Positions 63,286 through 64,000 of a stretch of 64,000 nt of DNA are shown here, one piece after another. Each line of letters begins with the position of its first letter. Within the stretch, counting starts at the first letter, position 1. Source of the stretch: an uncultured Acidobacteriaceae bacterium (lineage in GTDB: Bacteria > Acidobacteriota > Terriglobia > Terriglobales > Acidobacteriaceae); contig CAVYPY010000003.1 in NCBI GenBank assembly GCA_963770525.1, positions 445,129-509,128 on the forward strand. Reading direction: 5' to 3'. The position numbers and the translations under genes are program-made. The notes below the pieces were generated by a model, which saw only the letters and a list, made by a program, of their open reading frames with translations, had not been told where the DNA came from and made no database searches.

Positions 63286-64000
63286 TCAGTACACGTCGCG
63301 CAGGTAGCGCTTCTGCTTCTTCATGGCGGCGAGATACTCGTTCGCGTACTCAGTTCCGCGGCCGCTGTGGGTGCCGATCGATTCCAGCAGCGCCGCTTCG
63401 ACATCGGGAGCCATGCGTTTGGAGTCGCCGCAGACGTAGAAGTAGCCGCCCTGGTCGAGCCAGCGCCAGATTTCGGCGGAATTCTCGCGGATACGGTCCT
63501 GGACGTAGATCTTGAAGGACTGATCGCGAGAGAAGGCGGTGTCGAGCCGGTTGAGCAGGCCCGACTTCTGCCAGGCGAGGAGTTCCTCCTCGTAGAGGAA
63601 GTCCTGTTTGGCGCGCTGATCGCCGAAGAAGAGCCACATGGGCCAGCGTCCGCACCCGGCCTCTTTGTGCTCAAGATAAGCGCGGAAGGGTGCAACGCCG
63701 GTACCGGGGCCAACCATAATCACAGGGACATCGGGATCGGCAGGCATGCGGAAGAGCTGGTTCGAATGGATGAAGACGGGCAGCTTGCCGCCGGGAGGGG
63801 TGCGCTCGCCGATGTAGCCGGAACACACGCCAAGGCGTTCGCGTCCATAGCTCTGGTACTTCACGACGCGGACCGAGAGGTGCACGGAGTCCGAGTGCAG
63901 CGCCTGGCTGGATGAGATGGAATAGAGGCGCGGCGCGAGACGAGGCAGGAGCTTGAAGAGCTGCTGCGGGTCTTCGACTTTGCAGGGCGAGTGCTCGATG
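63286..64000 (-). CDS. Diflavin-reductase / sulfite-reductase-flavoprotein (CysJ)-like FAD/NADPH module, C-terminal part (5' end lies beyond the window)
   Basis: The frame stays open to position 64000; hand translation above 63885 gives ...LAPRLYSISSSQALHSDSVHLSV (the R-x-Y-S FAD motif). Further motifs: GPGTGVAPFR, YVCGD, C-terminal ...RYLRDVY. Confidence 0.85.
   Translation of the reverse strand, partial: IEHSPCKVEDPQQLFKLLPRLAPRLYSISSSQALHSDSVHLSVRVVKYQSYGRERLGVCSGYIGERTPPGGKLPVFIHSNQLFRMPADPDVPVIMVGPGTGVAPFRAYLEHKEAGCGRWPMWLFFGDQRAKQDFLYEEELLAWQKSGLLNRLDTAFSRDQSFKIYVQDRIRENSAEIWRWLDQGGYFYVCGDSKRMAPDVEAALLESIGTHSGRGTEYANEYLAAMKKQKRYLRDVY

Overview
This is a 64-kb stretch of a high-GC bacterial chromosome. 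Gene content and repeat style suggest Acidobacteriota/Terriglobia, but that is inference only. I support about 60 protein-coding genes, mostly housekeeping or envelope functions. They include:
- asd, an IDH3-like dehydrogenase and nrdR.
- An arginine-to-putrescine operon (pdaD-aguB-aguA).
- An lptD / DsbA-like / SurA-like envelope block.
- moaA.
- An ETF/ETF-QO electron-transfer locus.
- Glycoside hydrolases of families GH3 and GH127.
- prfB with its classical +1 frameshift site.
- lnt and ugd.
- An LPS/EPS-type sugar cluster.
- A GntR-regulated ABC exporter.
- A CysJ-like flavoprotein fragment.

I recognised no rRNA, tRNA or CRISPR array by eye.

The regions most worth a second look are:
1. 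49.0-54.4 kb: a heptose-like nucleotide-sugar cluster with no GmhA or HldD. It carries instead an RpiB-nucleotidyltransferase fusion, a PMI-like bicupin, a transaldolase/FSA enzyme and a second nucleotidyltransferase.
2. 40.5-44.05 kb: a lower-GC island. It holds a ParB/DGQHR-fold + HNH nuclease gene split precisely by an IS5-family element, and an overlapping XRE-HTH / membrane-protein pair that share an N-terminal motif.
3. 39.98-40.44 kb: sixteen 18-19-bp tandem repeats bracketed by a long inverted repeat.
4. An Imm53-like orphan immunity gene translationally coupled to the polyamine operon.
5. Several disrupted reading frames: an lnt frameshift, an in-frame TAA in the GntR regulator, and a possible G-run frameshift at about 62.79 kb.

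Most long ORFs in the six-frame track that lie antisense to these genes are high-GC artefacts, and I rejected them.
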